Origin: Candidatus Zixiibacteriota bacterium
Lineage (GTDB): Bacteria; Zixibacteria; MSB-5A5; UBA10806; 4484-95
Reading direction: 5' to 3'
Length of the DNA: 64,000 bases
Assembly: GCA_037441845.1 (NCBI GenBank)
Contig: JBBIRK010000001.1
Span: 588,472 to 652,471, forward strand
The position numbers were made by a program, and so were the translations under genes. Shown here one piece after another: positions 39,519 to 49,877 of the stretch (the stretch's first letter is position 1; every line of letters starts with the position of its first letter). Below the pieces are notes generated by a model. That model did not search any database. It saw nothing but the letters and a program-made list of their open reading frames with translations, and was not told the DNA's origin.

Positions 39519-42470
39519 TCATTGCCTCTGCGGCAGAGTCTCCGATCGGTTTCTCAGCGGCGGAGGGAAGAAATGGCAATAGCTCAGGGTCGCATTTCCC
39601 TTGAAATACTGCACCAGCCGGGTTATATCCGACCCCTTGAATTCGCAGTTGCCGTTGACATCGCCGGCGACATACAGATAATCTACGATCGAATCGAGAT
39701 AGCAGCTATCGGGCGGTTGTGGGCCTAACCCTTTGAAGAAACGCACTCCGTAGGTGACATCGGCGCCGAGCCGCTGCCCGTCGCCGTTGATATCGCCCAC
39801 CATATATTCGCAGCCGGCGGCCGTGGATATTCCCGCAGCGATATCGGAAACTTGCAACGAGAAGACCGCCGCCGAATCGGCTCCGCTGATGCCGCGGACG
39901 ACGATCAGGTCGCTGCTGTCGAGCACGCCGTCGCCGTCGTCGAACCATTCCTCGCAAAAATAAAGCGAACCGTAGTCCGGATGAACCTGCTGCCAATATG
40001 AACCATGGACGAATGTGATGGGATCGATATCGGGATCAATGCCGAAATAGTCGAGATAAAGCGTGTCACCGGTAATTCTGGTCCCACTTACCATGGGCGA
40101 AACATCTATCACCATCGATGACATACTTTCATGAGTTGCGGTGTCGGCCAACGCGAGCGTGTCGCCTATACTTAACTTACCGTCACCGTTGTCGCTCCAG
40201 CTTTGAATCGCCTTGTAGGCGCCGAAGGCCGGATACAACCCCATCCACAACGAACCGAGCGGGTCGGAATTCCGCAAGCCGCCCAGCGGGACGAAATTAT
40301 CGATATTGATGAATTTGCCGGCATTGGTCACGTCGTCGAGCGTTCGCTTGAGCGGGCCCTCGACCACGATTTGCAATATGGAGGCGCCATCGAGTATGCC
40401 GCTGCCGCCGGTGAATTCGGCCTGGCCGATATCGTAAACGACGGCCTCGATTTTCGTTTCGTAATTCCCGGGTCCCTGCTTCGTGTCGTGGGCTATATAA
40501 AAAATGCAGTTGCCGTTGTATAGTCTGACCAGCCCCAGCACTTGGATGGTATGGACCATGCTTTTGCCATTGCTCGAATTTACGGCGTCGATTTCGATAA
40601 CGTTTCCGTCGGCAAGGAAGTCCCGCAGCTGCGCGATATCCGTGATCGATTCGGTCCCTATCGGCAGCCGGCGCTCGCGCATCGCCTGCCGCTTGTTGGG
40701 CACCCAATCAGGCGAGCCGTAATTGGGGATGAAGCCCACGACTTCTTTCATCTCGGCGATCGATAATTCGGTCTCGTCGATACCCAATAAGTATTTGCTA
40801 TTGAGATATAGCGCACCGTTGGAAACTGCCGCCGGAACGCTCTCGAAACGGCCACAATCCTGATTGGGGAAGCCCGGAACGCTAACGGTAGTTGTATCGT
40901 ATGCCCTGTCCCCGATCAACGCCGCAGCCGGCTGGGGCGCCAGAAAAGTCGTGTCGCCGTAACCCCGGCAATAAAGCACCGTGTCGGAATGGACCGCAAC
41001 TTGGATGGAAAGCGGCGGCATCGAGGTTAACACGGTATCGGTGAGTTTGAATCCGTAGAGGATCGAGGTAACATCTATCCCGATCGAGGCGGCTATGGGG
41101 AACGTCATGCTCAGCGTTTGCTCGATATTCGGGCCGTTTAGGCTCGGCAAAGGCATATTCACTATTTGCCAATTGTCGTTTACGTTCAGGTTGAAATACA
41201 GCGTTTTTGGTGCACCCATATATGTGAAATCGAGACGGCCGCGGTCGGAGTTGAGGATCGTATTTGATTCGAGAATATAATCGAGTTGAGCGAAACGCAA
41301 CCCCGGCTGAGAAACGTCGGTAGAAATGCGAGGCGCGATCGCAAATCTGCCGTTGACATAGACGCCCACCCCGCGGATATAGCTGTAGGTCCGGCCGATA
41401 ACGATCGTAGGCGGGTTCGGACCCTGATAATAAACATCGTTCGTGACCAGGCACGAATCGCCCGAACCGTCGTTGGCGTAGAAATCGCTGAAATCAGCCG
41501 CCGAGGTTATGGTGACGTTGTTAATCTGAATGTACATACCCTCGTAAGGTTCGGCGGTTGCTACGCAACTGTCGGTTCCGAGTTGGGCGCAGGTGACGAT
41601 TTTGGGCGGCGGCAGCGAGTTACCCGAGCAATTCAAGCGCTGCCCGAATATGGTTCCTATTTCGGTCTGTCCCTCGTACTCGCCGGCAATACCCGATATG
41701 GTTACGTTGTCCCCCAAACTTACGGTATCGAAAGCGTTATAAATGAAAATTCCCGACCACAGGGAATCGGCATCTTGGATAAAAAATGAATTGCGCCTGG
41801 TGGATCGTTCATAACGGCCGACCACCGTGCCGGTGACCGCGATAAATCGATCCCCCATGGGATTTACATAACAATCCGGCGGGTAGCCGGGATCGGTGCT
41901 GTATTGCACCGAATAGATGGGCACCGAATCCGGATAAGGTCCTGAAGGTCCGTGCAGGGCTATATCGTCTATATAAACAGTGTGAACCCCCGAGGTCACC
42001 TGATACATCCTTATCTGCAATTCGAGTGTCTTGGCGCCGGTCGGAGCGGTGCTGTTGTAAACGTACAATTTCCAGCCTGCGGTATCGATCGAATAGGTGG
42101 TCGGCCCGTTATAGCCGTTGTCGTAGGAGAACCACATCCTTATTCGGCTGCTCGGATCGTAGTCGTATACCCAGAGGCTGCAAGTGTAAACCGAATCGCC
42201 GTAAACCGGCAGCAATCGATAAGCGAAGTCCTGCCGCGATGAAACACCCCAATTAAGTCTCACCGCATAGGTTCCGCCATGCACCATGACATTTTCCTGC
42301 ATGCTGGTAAAATTGGTGGTGACATTCCGCCAATAATCTGGCGGGCCGCCCGGACCATTTATCGCCCATGACTCGAAATCGTTGTTTTGCAGAAGCTGGA
42401 CCGCCTGGGCCGATTGGGTCAGCGACACGGCCAAGACAAGTCCGATTGTCATCAGGGATTTACTTGACAT
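39519..42470 (-). CDS. Secreted multidomain protein: CBM-like, OB-fold, papain-like domain, C-terminal dockerin-like module
   Basis: Start moved to ATG 42470 (GGGAGG RBS); LQNNDFESW; VTGTVVG..FFIQD..SGIF..GEYEGQTEI OB-fold; CEYMVGDINGDG tail. Confidence 0.75.
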   Translation of the reverse strand: MSSKSLMTIGLVLAVSLTQSAQAVQLLQNNDFESWAINGPGGPPDYWRNVTTNFTSMQENVMVHGGTYAVRLNWGVSSRQDFAYRLLPVYGDSVYTCSLWVYDYDPSSRIRMWFSYDNGYNGPTTYSIDTAGWKLYVYNSTAPTGAKTLELQIRMYQVTSGVHTVYIDDIALHGPSGPYPDSVPIYSVQYSTDPGYPPDCYVNPMGDRFIAVTGTVVGRYERSTRRNSFFIQDADSLWSGIFIYNAFDTVSLGDNVTISGIAGEYEGQTEIGTIFGQRLNCSGNSLPPPKIVTCAQLGTDSCVATAEPYEGMYIQINNVTITSAADFSDFYANDGSGDSCLVTNDVYYQGPNPPTIVIGRTYSYIRGVGVYVNGRFAIAPRISTDVSQPGLRFAQLDYILESNTILNSDRGRLDFTYMGAPKTLYFNLNVNDNWQIVNMPLPSLNGPNIEQTLSMTFPIAASIGIDVTSILYGFKLTDTVLTSMPPLSIQVAVHSDTVLYCRGYGDTTFLAPQPAAALIGDRAYDTTTVSVPGFPNQDCGRFESVPAAVSNGALYLNSKYLLGIDETELSIAEMKEVVGFIPNYGSPDWVPNKRQAMRERRLPIGTESITDIAQLRDFLADGNVIEIDAVNSSNGKSMVHTIQVLGLVRLYNGNCIFYIAHDTKQGPGNYETKIEAVVYDIGQAEFTGGSGILDGASILQIVVEGPLKRTLDDVTNAGKFINIDNFVPLGGLRNSDPLGSLWMGLYPAFGAYKAIQSWSDNGDGKLSIGDTLALADTATHESMSSMVIDVSPMVSGTRITGDTLYLDYFGIDPDIDPITFVHGSYWQQVHPDYGSLYFCEEWFDDGDGVLDSSDLIVVRGISGADSAAVFSLQVSDIAAGISTAAGCEYMVGDINGDGQRLGADVTYGVRFFKGLGPQPPDSCYLDSIVDYLYVAGDVNGNCEFKGSDITRLVQYFKGNATLSYCHFFPPPLRNRSETLPQRQ
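39556..39812 (-). repeat. Cys-containing dockerin-like module, copy C
   Basis: CEYMVGDINGDGQRLGADVTYGVRFFKG...GDVNGNCEFKGSDITRLVQYFKG...CHFFPPP. Confidence 0.85.
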
Positions 42471-42692
42471 CTTCCCTCCCCGAAAAAAAACGGATAATTT
42501 TGTAATCGGCGATGGAGAGTTCTTTTTGTTTTTCAAACGTCGAAGCCGTCAAAAGAGTGGAGTAATTCGCCGATTAAATTCAGCATTCGGCGTAAAGCAC
42601 AATATTAGGCTAAGCAATGAGGCGAGGTGTGTCAAGATGATTTTGACGTCGGACTGACGCCGTATGAATACTATAATATACCCGAACCAATG

Positions 42693-44762
42693 TCATTCAA
42701 ACGGGTTTCGGATCGGTGTCACCGATCTATTTCTCCGATCGGAGCGCGGCACCGATATTACTTTGAATAACCTTCCCTCGCCGGCGCGTAGCTCGGTGGT
42801 GAACGGGATCGCGCCATCAAGCATGGCCGAGTAGGTGGTTTCGGGATAACCGATCCAATTGGAAGACGAAGTCCCCTTGGCGATATCTACAATCAAGGCA
42901 TAATCGGAACCGACCGCCTCCGGCCGCAAACGCACAGTAGCCTTTATCGCCGGAGCCTCGGTCGGGTCGGTTGCCCCCTGCGAGCAAGCCCGGTTGACTA
43001 ACATGAAATACTTGGCGCCGGCCTCGTCGACATATTCACCGACATGGAACCAGCCGAGATCGGGATTAGGGCCGTTTTCGATATTCGATGCGGTGATCGT
43101 ATCTACCAGCGCTTCCGCCGGAGGATGGAAACCGTAGGCGGGATTGTAGGTGTAAGCCCTATGCCAGTCAAGCGACAAGTAAGTCGAATCTATCGCCCTG
43201 ATGTAGGGGTTGATGTCGTTTTTCATCTTATAGTATAAATCCGTAGGCGCGGTGCCCCCCGGAACTTGAACCCTGAGACCTGGATATTGACCATCGCCGC
43301 CGTTGGGGTCATATTTCCAATAAACCAACCCTTCGGGACGATAGCACAGGCAGATAGAAGTCATTCCCCAGAGCTCGCTTGGGGTAGGCTTGCGCCATAT
43401 ACAATTATCACTATCTGGCGGAATCAATGACGAATCGCAATTGATCTGCCAGAACGCCTGCGGCGTAAACCACAATTGCCGGCCCATGAAATCAACCTTG
43501 CTGCGGGCCTCATAAAGTCGATATGCCAGGTATTGCAGTCGATTTTGGTATTTATGATATTCCCTGTTCTCTATTTCGGGACTGAATCCGGTGCAACTGT
43601 CACGTGGTCCCAACGGATAGTAATCTTGGTCGGTGTAATCGGCGTTGGACCAGTATAGATAACTTGCCGCCGTCGAAACATTGCTCATGATCGTGTGATG
43701 CCGCCAGGCGGGGTTGACGGCTCGGATCAGGGAGTCGATCTTGCCGAACGGCTGATAATTGCTCCAGATCGGCTCATCGCGCAGATAAAACGAATGAATG
43801 GCGTCGTGGCCCGGACCATTGTCGTATCGGGCCAGAAAATCGTTTATGCCACTTATGATTTCCGGATCGTTCGCCATCAACCGCTCCCCCCAGGTTTCCG
43901 ACAGCCTGATCCAATCGACGGTGACCGTGCGCCGCCCGGAGGTATGAATACGCAGATTGAAGCCGACGGTGCCGCCGTTTTCGTCGCCTATAAGCTTATG
44001 GTAGTAAACTTTACCATTGTGTTTGCATTTTACGACATCAGGAAGCTCGAAAACGAAAGTCAAGGTCTCATAGGTGTCGGCTTGTCTGAATGAATCAGCT
44101 ATGATCGTCCCGAGATTCAACACCGTCCAGAACGTGTCCGGAGTCGCCGGCATCATATCGGCGAAACAGGGCGCCGGCCACCCCTCGACCCGGGCCACCG
44201 TATCCGCCGAATCACCTAAGGCATCTATTTTCATACTTATGTCAAGATGCCAAGAGATCACACCCGGTTGCAGATAGCCCCCTTCGTAATACCCGTCTAT
44301 CTCGGCGCACGGCCTGAGGTAAGGAGCGCCTGACCGCGACGGATAATGTTTGGTGTTCAAGCCGATAAGACTTCCCGCCGCCGTGGAAACCCAACTATCG
44401 GCAGTGAAATAGTTCCCAGGGCCCAAGCTGAAAAAACTGTCCTCCGGACTCGGATTACTCGTCCCCACCTCCAGCTTCATGTAATGAGCATACGACATGC
44501 GCTCGGGAGTGAATGCTCCAGTCACCAGACTGCCGGCGATCAACCGGATGCCATGATCATTCATTCTCACCAAAACCTCCCGATTCTGAATATACTCCTT
44601 GATTAGATTGAACCCCAGGTCCCGACGCAGATTGGCAAGCGAACTGTCGCTGAAATCTCGCAGCATGTCCGCTCCCAGCGGCAACTCATATGGGGGCACG
44701 GCATCCAGCCATGAAGCCAGCAACAACAGCCAGACCAAAGTCATTCGATATTTACCGATCAT
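42693..44762 (-). CDS. Secreted hypothetical protein, possible glycoside-hydrolase-like TIM barrel with C-terminal beta domain
   Basis: Signal peptide; FYLRDEP, DYYP, WFTPQAF, KPTPSEL, FMLVNR...LRAGEGRLF pattern. Confidence 0.55.
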   Translation of the reverse strand: MIGKYRMTLVWLLLLASWLDAVPPYELPLGADMLRDFSDSSLANLRRDLGFNLIKEYIQNREVLVRMNDHGIRLIAGSLVTGAFTPERMSYAHYMKLEVGTSNPSPEDSFFSLGPGNYFTADSWVSTAAGSLIGLNTKHYPSRSGAPYLRPCAEIDGYYEGGYLQPGVISWHLDISMKIDALGDSADTVARVEGWPAPCFADMMPATPDTFWTVLNLGTIIADSFRQADTYETLTFVFELPDVVKCKHNGKVYYHKLIGDENGGTVGFNLRIHTSGRRTVTVDWIRLSETWGERLMANDPEIISGINDFLARYDNGPGHDAIHSFYLRDEPIWSNYQPFGKIDSLIRAVNPAWRHHTIMSNVSTAASYLYWSNADYTDQDYYPLGPRDSCTGFSPEIENREYHKYQNRLQYLAYRLYEARSKVDFMGRQLWFTPQAFWQINCDSSLIPPDSDNCIWRKPTPSELWGMTSICLCYRPEGLVYWKYDPNGGDGQYPGLRVQVPGGTAPTDLYYKMKNDINPYIRAIDSTYLSLDWHRAYTYNPAYGFHPPAEALVDTITASNIENGPNPDLGWFHVGEYVDEAGAKYFMLVNRACSQGATDPTEAPAIKATVRLRPEAVGSDYALIVDIAKGTSSSNWIGYPETTYSAMLDGAIPFTTELRAGEGRLFKVISVPRSDRRNRSVTPIRNPFE

Positions 44763-44871
44763 TTTCTTTTCTTTTCCGTCAGATAAAAGCTCGGGCGTAT
44801 TGGTAAGGAAACCAACAGCACCGATAAAACAAATTCACGACGGAATTTGGCGTAGGCATTCGTTTTTCCGC

Positions 44872-45846
44872 TCATGAATCCGAAAACGGCTGAATGAAAC
44901 CGTTGTTTAATCCGGCCTTTTCGAACGCCTCCAGCGCAAGGTCATACTCGGCGGCGGTTATTTTCCTTGCCAGCGGCAACAATTTACCCTGATTGTTGCG
45001 AATACAAGCTTTATGCGCCGGAAAATACTGGCTCATCACCGCCACATAGGTTTCCGGCGAAATCTCGCGGGCTATGAATCGGAAAATTTCGGAGGAACCG
45101 GCTATATTTTCAGGAAGCACCAGATGCCGGATGAGCAGGCCGCCGACGGCGATGCCGTTTTTTATCTGGAGGGTGCCCACCTGCTTATACATTTCCTTGA
45201 TCGCCGCCCGATTGATTTCGGGATAATCGGGTGCGCCCGAATAGCGCCGCGAACATTCGGGATCGCTGTATCTCATATCCGGCATGTAGATATCGATTAT
45301 GCCTTCGAGTAAACGCAGCGATTCGAGCGAATCGTATCCCGAGGAATTGTAAACAAGGGGAATCCGCAATCCCTTTTCATAGGCGATCAAGAGCGATTTC
45401 ATCAGCGAAGGAATATAATGAGAAGGAGTCACGAAATTGATATTATGAGCGCCGCGCTTTTGCAAATCGATCATCATATCGGCGGCTTCCTCCGCGGAGT
45501 ATTTTTCTCCCACTCGAAACTGGCTTATCGGATAGTTCTGGCAGTAGATACATGACAAATTGCAGCCGGAAAGAAAAATCGTCCCCGAGCCGCGTCTTCC
45601 CGAAATCGGCGGCTCCTCGCCGTAGTGCAGGTTGGCCGAGGCTATCACCAGTTCGGCGGGCATGCCGCAGATACCGGTTTCGCCGGAGCGGCGATCGACC
45701 AGGCAGTTCCGCGGGCATACCCGGCATTCGGTCATAAGCTTTTCAGCTTCGGGAAGCCGGTCCCGCAATTTGTCGATTTTCGATTCGATCGAGAATTCGA
45801 TCGCCATCTGGTCTGTCATCTCGGATTCGGGATATCCGGATTTCAT
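44872..45846 (-). CDS. Radical SAM protein, PflX-like
   Basis: CRVCPRNC...GIC, HYGEEPPISG, CNLSCIYCQN, HNINFVTP, RHLVLP. Confidence 0.9.
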   Translation of the reverse strand: MKSGYPESEMTDQMAIEFSIESKIDKLRDRLPEAEKLMTECRVCPRNCLVDRRSGETGICGMPAELVIASANLHYGEEPPISGRRGSGTIFLSGCNLSCIYCQNYPISQFRVGEKYSAEEAADMMIDLQKRGAHNINFVTPSHYIPSLMKSLLIAYEKGLRIPLVYNSSGYDSLESLRLLEGIIDIYMPDMRYSDPECSRRYSGAPDYPEINRAAIKEMYKQVGTLQIKNGIAVGGLLIRHLVLPENIAGSSEIFRFIAREISPETYVAVMSQYFPAHKACIRNNQGKLLPLARKITAAEYDLALEAFEKAGLNNGFIQPFSDS

Positions 45847-46754
45847 CTGTTCTCAAGAGCCCCCGTTTTATGTTCCAAGATGATTCTTTCGAGTCTGACC
45901 GGGCATGAGGCTGCTGTTTTCACCCCGCGCAAACAGAAAAATCGCCTGCGCCTCACCTGCCTAAGGTCGTCGGTCGCGGATTCGACGAACGCTCCGTAGT
46001 TGCAACCGCGGCAGGGGGCGCAATCATCCTCGATAACGGCTCCGGTTGCAGCCCCCACAACCGCCTGCGATCGGCTTATGCCGCGGCGACCGCCGTTGCC
46101 GCTGTCCGAGCCGAGCCCGGCGGGCGGTTCGATTTCGACTCGGCTTGGTCTGATGAAAATTAGCCGCCCTTTGTCGGATTTCAAGATGCCCCTGAATTCC
46201 ACCCGGGCGCCGATCGAAGGATTCCATCTATTTATAAAACCACCGCCCACCCGAAGATAGATTTTGTCGTCGTAAAAATCATATCCGATATGTCCGCGGT
46301 CAAAACCGATAAGGTAGCCGTTGGGCTTTACCCCTATGCGGTTTCCGGTCTTCACCATATACAACAAAGGGAAAAAAGTGGCGATCGTGCCGGAGAATTC
46401 GAGTGCCCTATTGAGATTCGAGGAAAGCCAAAGGCGGTATTCATCTAATTTCCGCCAGAACTGCGCCATCTCATGCTCGGCCGCGATCGCCTCGGGTTTT
46501 CGGCAGATTTTATCCTCATCGTAGTGCTTGCATGGAAAACAATCTTTGCCGACATGCTTGAATCCCCGGGGACATCGGAAATCCTTGGCGTAAATCCGAC
46601 ATTTCCAGACAAACTGCACACAACCTTCCTCAAGGCAACGTTTTTCCTCGATTATATGATAGGGAGACACCTGATAGTCGAACCGCCGGTGCCGAGGGTG
46701 GCGGCAGATGAAAATCCCCGGGGTCTTGTACATGTTCCTGATAATTGTTTGCAT
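45843..46754 (-). CDS. Cys-rich hypothetical protein
   Basis: Multiple Cys clusters at both ends; 4-nt overlap with the radical SAM gene. Confidence 0.7.
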   Translation of the reverse strand: MQTIIRNMYKTPGIFICRHPRHRRFDYQVSPYHIIEEKRCLEEGCVQFVWKCRIYAKDFRCPRGFKHVGKDCFPCKHYDEDKICRKPEAIAAEHEMAQFWRKLDEYRLWLSSNLNRALEFSGTIATFFPLLYMVKTGNRIGVKPNGYLIGFDRGHIGYDFYDDKIYLRVGGGFINRWNPSIGARVEFRGILKSDKGRLIFIRPSRVEIEPPAGLGSDSGNGGRRGISRSQAVVGAATGAVIEDDCAPCRGCNYGAFVESATDDLRQVRRRRFFCLRGVKTAASCPVRLERIILEHKTGALENR

Positions 46755-46949
46755 GACGTTTCAGATTCAGTTAAATTTCTTTGCTTAATATCGTTCTCGG
46801 CAAGGGCAAAATCAAATGAACTTTTCGCCGAGGCGCGGCGCCGATAATAAAATGGAGAAGTAACTCCTTGTGAATCAACCGAAGATTTATAATGCAATAT
46901 TGATATGAAAAGTCGGTATAATGTTTGCGTAGAAGGATTTTGAGGTAAT

Positions 46950-48194
46950 ATGCGTAAATTGTCGTTTTCGGCGATCCTGGCGATCGTCATACTGCTCGGA
47001 ACGGAACCCATTTGGGCCGACTGGCAGTTTCAAGTGGTCTCGCGAACGGCCACTCTGGGATCGGCTCAGGCGGTCGAAATCAGCGGCAACTATGCTTTCG
47101 TCGCCGATTGGAACGCCGGCTTAAGTGTTTTCAACGTTTCCCTTCCCGGTTCTCCTTCGCTGATTGGAACTTTCAACCACGGTGGTTTTGTCAACGAGCT
47201 GCGGATCTTCGGCAATCTCGCCTTTCTGGCCCGATGGAATAACGGTGTAACCATAGTCAATATAAGCAATCCCGCCCAGCCCGAATCGATAGGGGCGTTC
47301 GACACGCCCGGGGTCGCCGTGGATCTGGCGATATCGGGCGCTCTTTTGTTCGTAGCCGATTTGCATAACGGCTTAGTGATTCTGGATATTTCCAACCCTG
47401 CGGTTCCGAGGCAGGTCGGATATATACCGGCAAGAAACTACTTTTATTCGGTGGCGGTCGTAGATACCATTATTTATATCGCCGATCAGGGATTTGGGTT
47501 GTTGACCTACACTTTGGGCGACACCGCCCATCCGGTGGAGAGAAGCACCCGCCGTCTGGCGGCCGGCGCATCGGCGATAGCCATAAGGGATAATTGGCTT
47601 TATCTTTCCGGCGGCAGCAGCGGTTTGATCGTGTTCGATTTGGATAACCCGTTAGCACCCGACAGCTTGACCACGATAGACACGCCGGGGTTTTTGAATC
47701 ATGTCGATTTGGCCGATACGTTCGCTTTTCTGGCCGATGAGACCGGCGGTATATTCGCCTATTCCACGAGTTCGCCTACGTTTCCCCGTCGGCTCGGATT
47801 TTTCGACAGCCCGGGATTGGCACGCGGCTGCGCCGCCTATGGTTACTACGTCTTGCTTGCCGATGGCGACTCGCTTTATGTTCTGCTGCCTGAATATCCG
47901 AATGCGGTCGAATATGCGGACAATCGTCTACCCAGCGCAGTTTCCCTTGGCGCCTTTCCCAATCCGTTCAATGGAAACGTCAATATCGATTTCAACCTGA
48001 TGAAGGATAGTCATATCGAGCTCGCCATTTACGATATTACCGGCAGAAAGGTGAGTGAACTCGTTTCGGGCGATTATCGGGCAGGCGGTTATCGGGTAAC
48101 CTGGCGGGCGGAAAACCTCTGTTCCGGGGTTTACTATGCCGTGCTTGCGGCCGAGGGTGTCCGGTCGTCGATCAGGCTGACGCTGTTGAAATAG
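46950..48194 (+). CDS. Secreted LVIVD-repeat protein with T9SS type-A CTD
   Basis: Signal peptide, about 7 LVIVD repeats, AFPNPFN...RLTLLK. Confidence 0.87.
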   Translation: MRKLSFSAILAIVILLGTEPIWADWQFQVVSRTATLGSAQAVEISGNYAFVADWNAGLSVFNVSLPGSPSLIGTFNHGGFVNELRIFGNLAFLARWNNGVTIVNISNPAQPESIGAFDTPGVAVDLAISGALLFVADLHNGLVILDISNPAVPRQVGYIPARNYFYSVAVVDTIIYIADQGFGLLTYTLGDTAHPVERSTRRLAAGASAIAIRDNWLYLSGGSSGLIVFDLDNPLAPDSLTTIDTPGFLNHVDLADTFAFLADETGGIFAYSTSSPTFPRRLGFFDSPGLARGCAAYGYYVLLADGDSLYVLLPEYPNAVEYADNRLPSAVSLGAFPNPFNGNVNIDFNLMKDSHIELAIYDITGRKVSELVSGDYRAGGYRVTWRAENLCSGVYYAVLAAEGVRSSIRLTLLK

Positions 48195-48201
48195 GGCAAA
48201 C

Positions 48202-48534
48202 CTATTCCTCTTTATCTCTTAGAAGTAAAATGATTATCAGGGCGGCGGCGCCTACGATCAAGAATATCAAATAACGCGAGACATTGTTTTTGGTGACCAT
48301 AAAGTAGATCGAGGCGGCGCAAAGCGCAACGCCCTCGACCACCAGCGTGGCCATGATTTTGTTTTTCAGTTTCGCCGATTCGGTGGCATAGCCGAAACCG
48401 ATCGACAAAAGGACGAAAAACATGCCGATCAGGCGCAAATCGAAGATCACGTTCGAATCGTAAACCAGACTGGTCAAGGCGGCCAGTAGAATCGCGGCCA
48501 GAAACGCACCGCCCAGGGCGGCAACCAATTTCAT
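48202..48534 (-). CDS. Small 4-TM membrane protein
   Basis: Four hydrophobic segments; overlaps the upstream lipoprotein gene. Confidence 0.65.
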   Translation of the reverse strand: MKLVAALGGAFLAAILLAALTSLVYDSNVIFDLRLIGMFFVLLSIGFGYATESAKLKNKIMATLVVEGVALCAASIYFMVTKNNVSRYLIFLIVGAAALIIILLLRDKEE

Positions 48535-48953
48535 AGGTAGAAATATACCCGCCAGCGGCCTTGGGTTCGATAGAGATAGATCATCGAATACTCCGTCTTG
48601 CCGGTGGTCTGATCGATGAACGTCATCTCGACCTGGGCGGAGTCGCCGTTGACGAATTCCTGGTTAACGATTATCTGCTGGTTTTTCCAGAGCAAGCGTG
48701 TGCCACCGTCGCCGGTCAAATTGCCGATAAGGATTCGGCGCAGCACCTCCGGGGTCAGCGTGTCGGCTGGGGTAAACTCGGTCATGCGTCGGGTCACCAT
48801 GGCGTCGAGGTCGAGGTGATGTTCGATGGCCAGCGAATCGCCGTCCAGGACGGCGTAGATAAAATCAAATGCTGCCTTGCGCGGGGTTTCTTTCGGGCCG
48901 CAGGCGGCCAGAATGGAAACCGCTGTCATCGCGATTATGAGATATCTTATCAT
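48531..48953 (-). CDS. Lipoprotein with NTF2-like (DUF4878-like) domain
   Basis: Lipobox LAAC; PRKAAFDF...NGDSAQV...GRWRV. Confidence 0.7.
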   Translation of the reverse strand: MIRYLIIAMTAVSILAACGPKETPRKAAFDFIYAVLDGDSLAIEHHLDLDAMVTRRMTEFTPADTLTPEVLRRILIGNLTGDGGTRLLWKNQQIIVNQEFVNGDSAQVEMTFIDQTTGKTEYSMIYLYRTQGRWRVYFYL

Positions 48954-49093
48954 TTCGTCATTATTTTATTACTTCCAAGTCGATTCGTCAATCGCAAAAG
49001 TCGGGCGCTCAAGGGTTCATGCGTTTTATGGGCTGCGGCGGCAATGCGATATTTCCTTATTGTGAAAAATGATTTTTCTATTATCATACGGTA

Positions 49094-49876
49094 ATGGCAT
49101 ACAATGACGGCAGACCGCCGTTGAGCGGACCGGCAAGACTTTCCCAAGCTGCCGCGTCGCTGCGACGTGATATAGAGGAGACGCTGAAGAACGGCCGTCT
49201 TCCGCTGTTTGTCTGTGATCTCGACGGCACCCTGGTGGATCATACTCTGAGGACTTTGATGATATTCCGCCGGGCGCCGCAGGCGATGGAGCTTCCGGAA
49301 TGGCTGGCCGCCAAATTGCAGGGGACGGATCTGAGTTCTTTCGGGTATCATCCGGCGCAATCGCTTAAAAAGATGGGTGTCGCCGGCGAGGATCTCGAGC
49401 GGTTGGTGGCGTTTTGGGATAAAAATTTTTTCGCCAACGAATTTCTTCCCTATGACCGGCCGATAAGCAAGGGAGTGGAATTCGTCAATCGCCTGCTGGA
49501 GATGGGCGTAGGAACGGTTTTCTTGACCGGCCGCGATCGGCAGCGGATGGGACAGGGGACCGTCGATTGGCTGGCCAAATACGGATTGCTCGATCGGAAC
49601 AAGAAAACCTCGCTTCTTATGAAAGAGGATCTATCGTTGAGCAACGCCGAGGCCAAGATTGTGGCAATCGAAAAAATCAGGTCTCTGGGTCGGCCGCTGC
49701 TGATTGCCGATAATGAGCCGATCGAGTTGAAAAAGGTCTGGGCCGAATTCCCCTCGGCTCAGGGGATTTTGCTGAATACTCCCTTTTCGGGTGTTTATGC
49801 GGAATTGCCGGAACACACGCTGGTGATCGAGGATTTCGAGGGTTTGGTCGAAGAACTAAAACAGCCCCGGTCGTAA
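49094..49876 (+). CDS. HAD superfamily hydrolase
   Basis: DLDGT, FLTGR, Lys, ADNE motifs. Confidence 0.85.
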   Translation: MAYNDGRPPLSGPARLSQAAASLRRDIEETLKNGRLPLFVCDLDGTLVDHTLRTLMIFRRAPQAMELPEWLAAKLQGTDLSSFGYHPAQSLKKMGVAGEDLERLVAFWDKNFFANEFLPYDRPISKGVEFVNRLLEMGVGTVFLTGRDRQRMGQGTVDWLAKYGLLDRNKKTSLLMKEDLSLSNAEAKIVAIEKIRSLGRPLLIADNEPIELKKVWAEFPSAQGILLNTPFSGVYAELPEHTLVIEDFEGLVEELKQPRS

Positions 49877-49877
49877 C

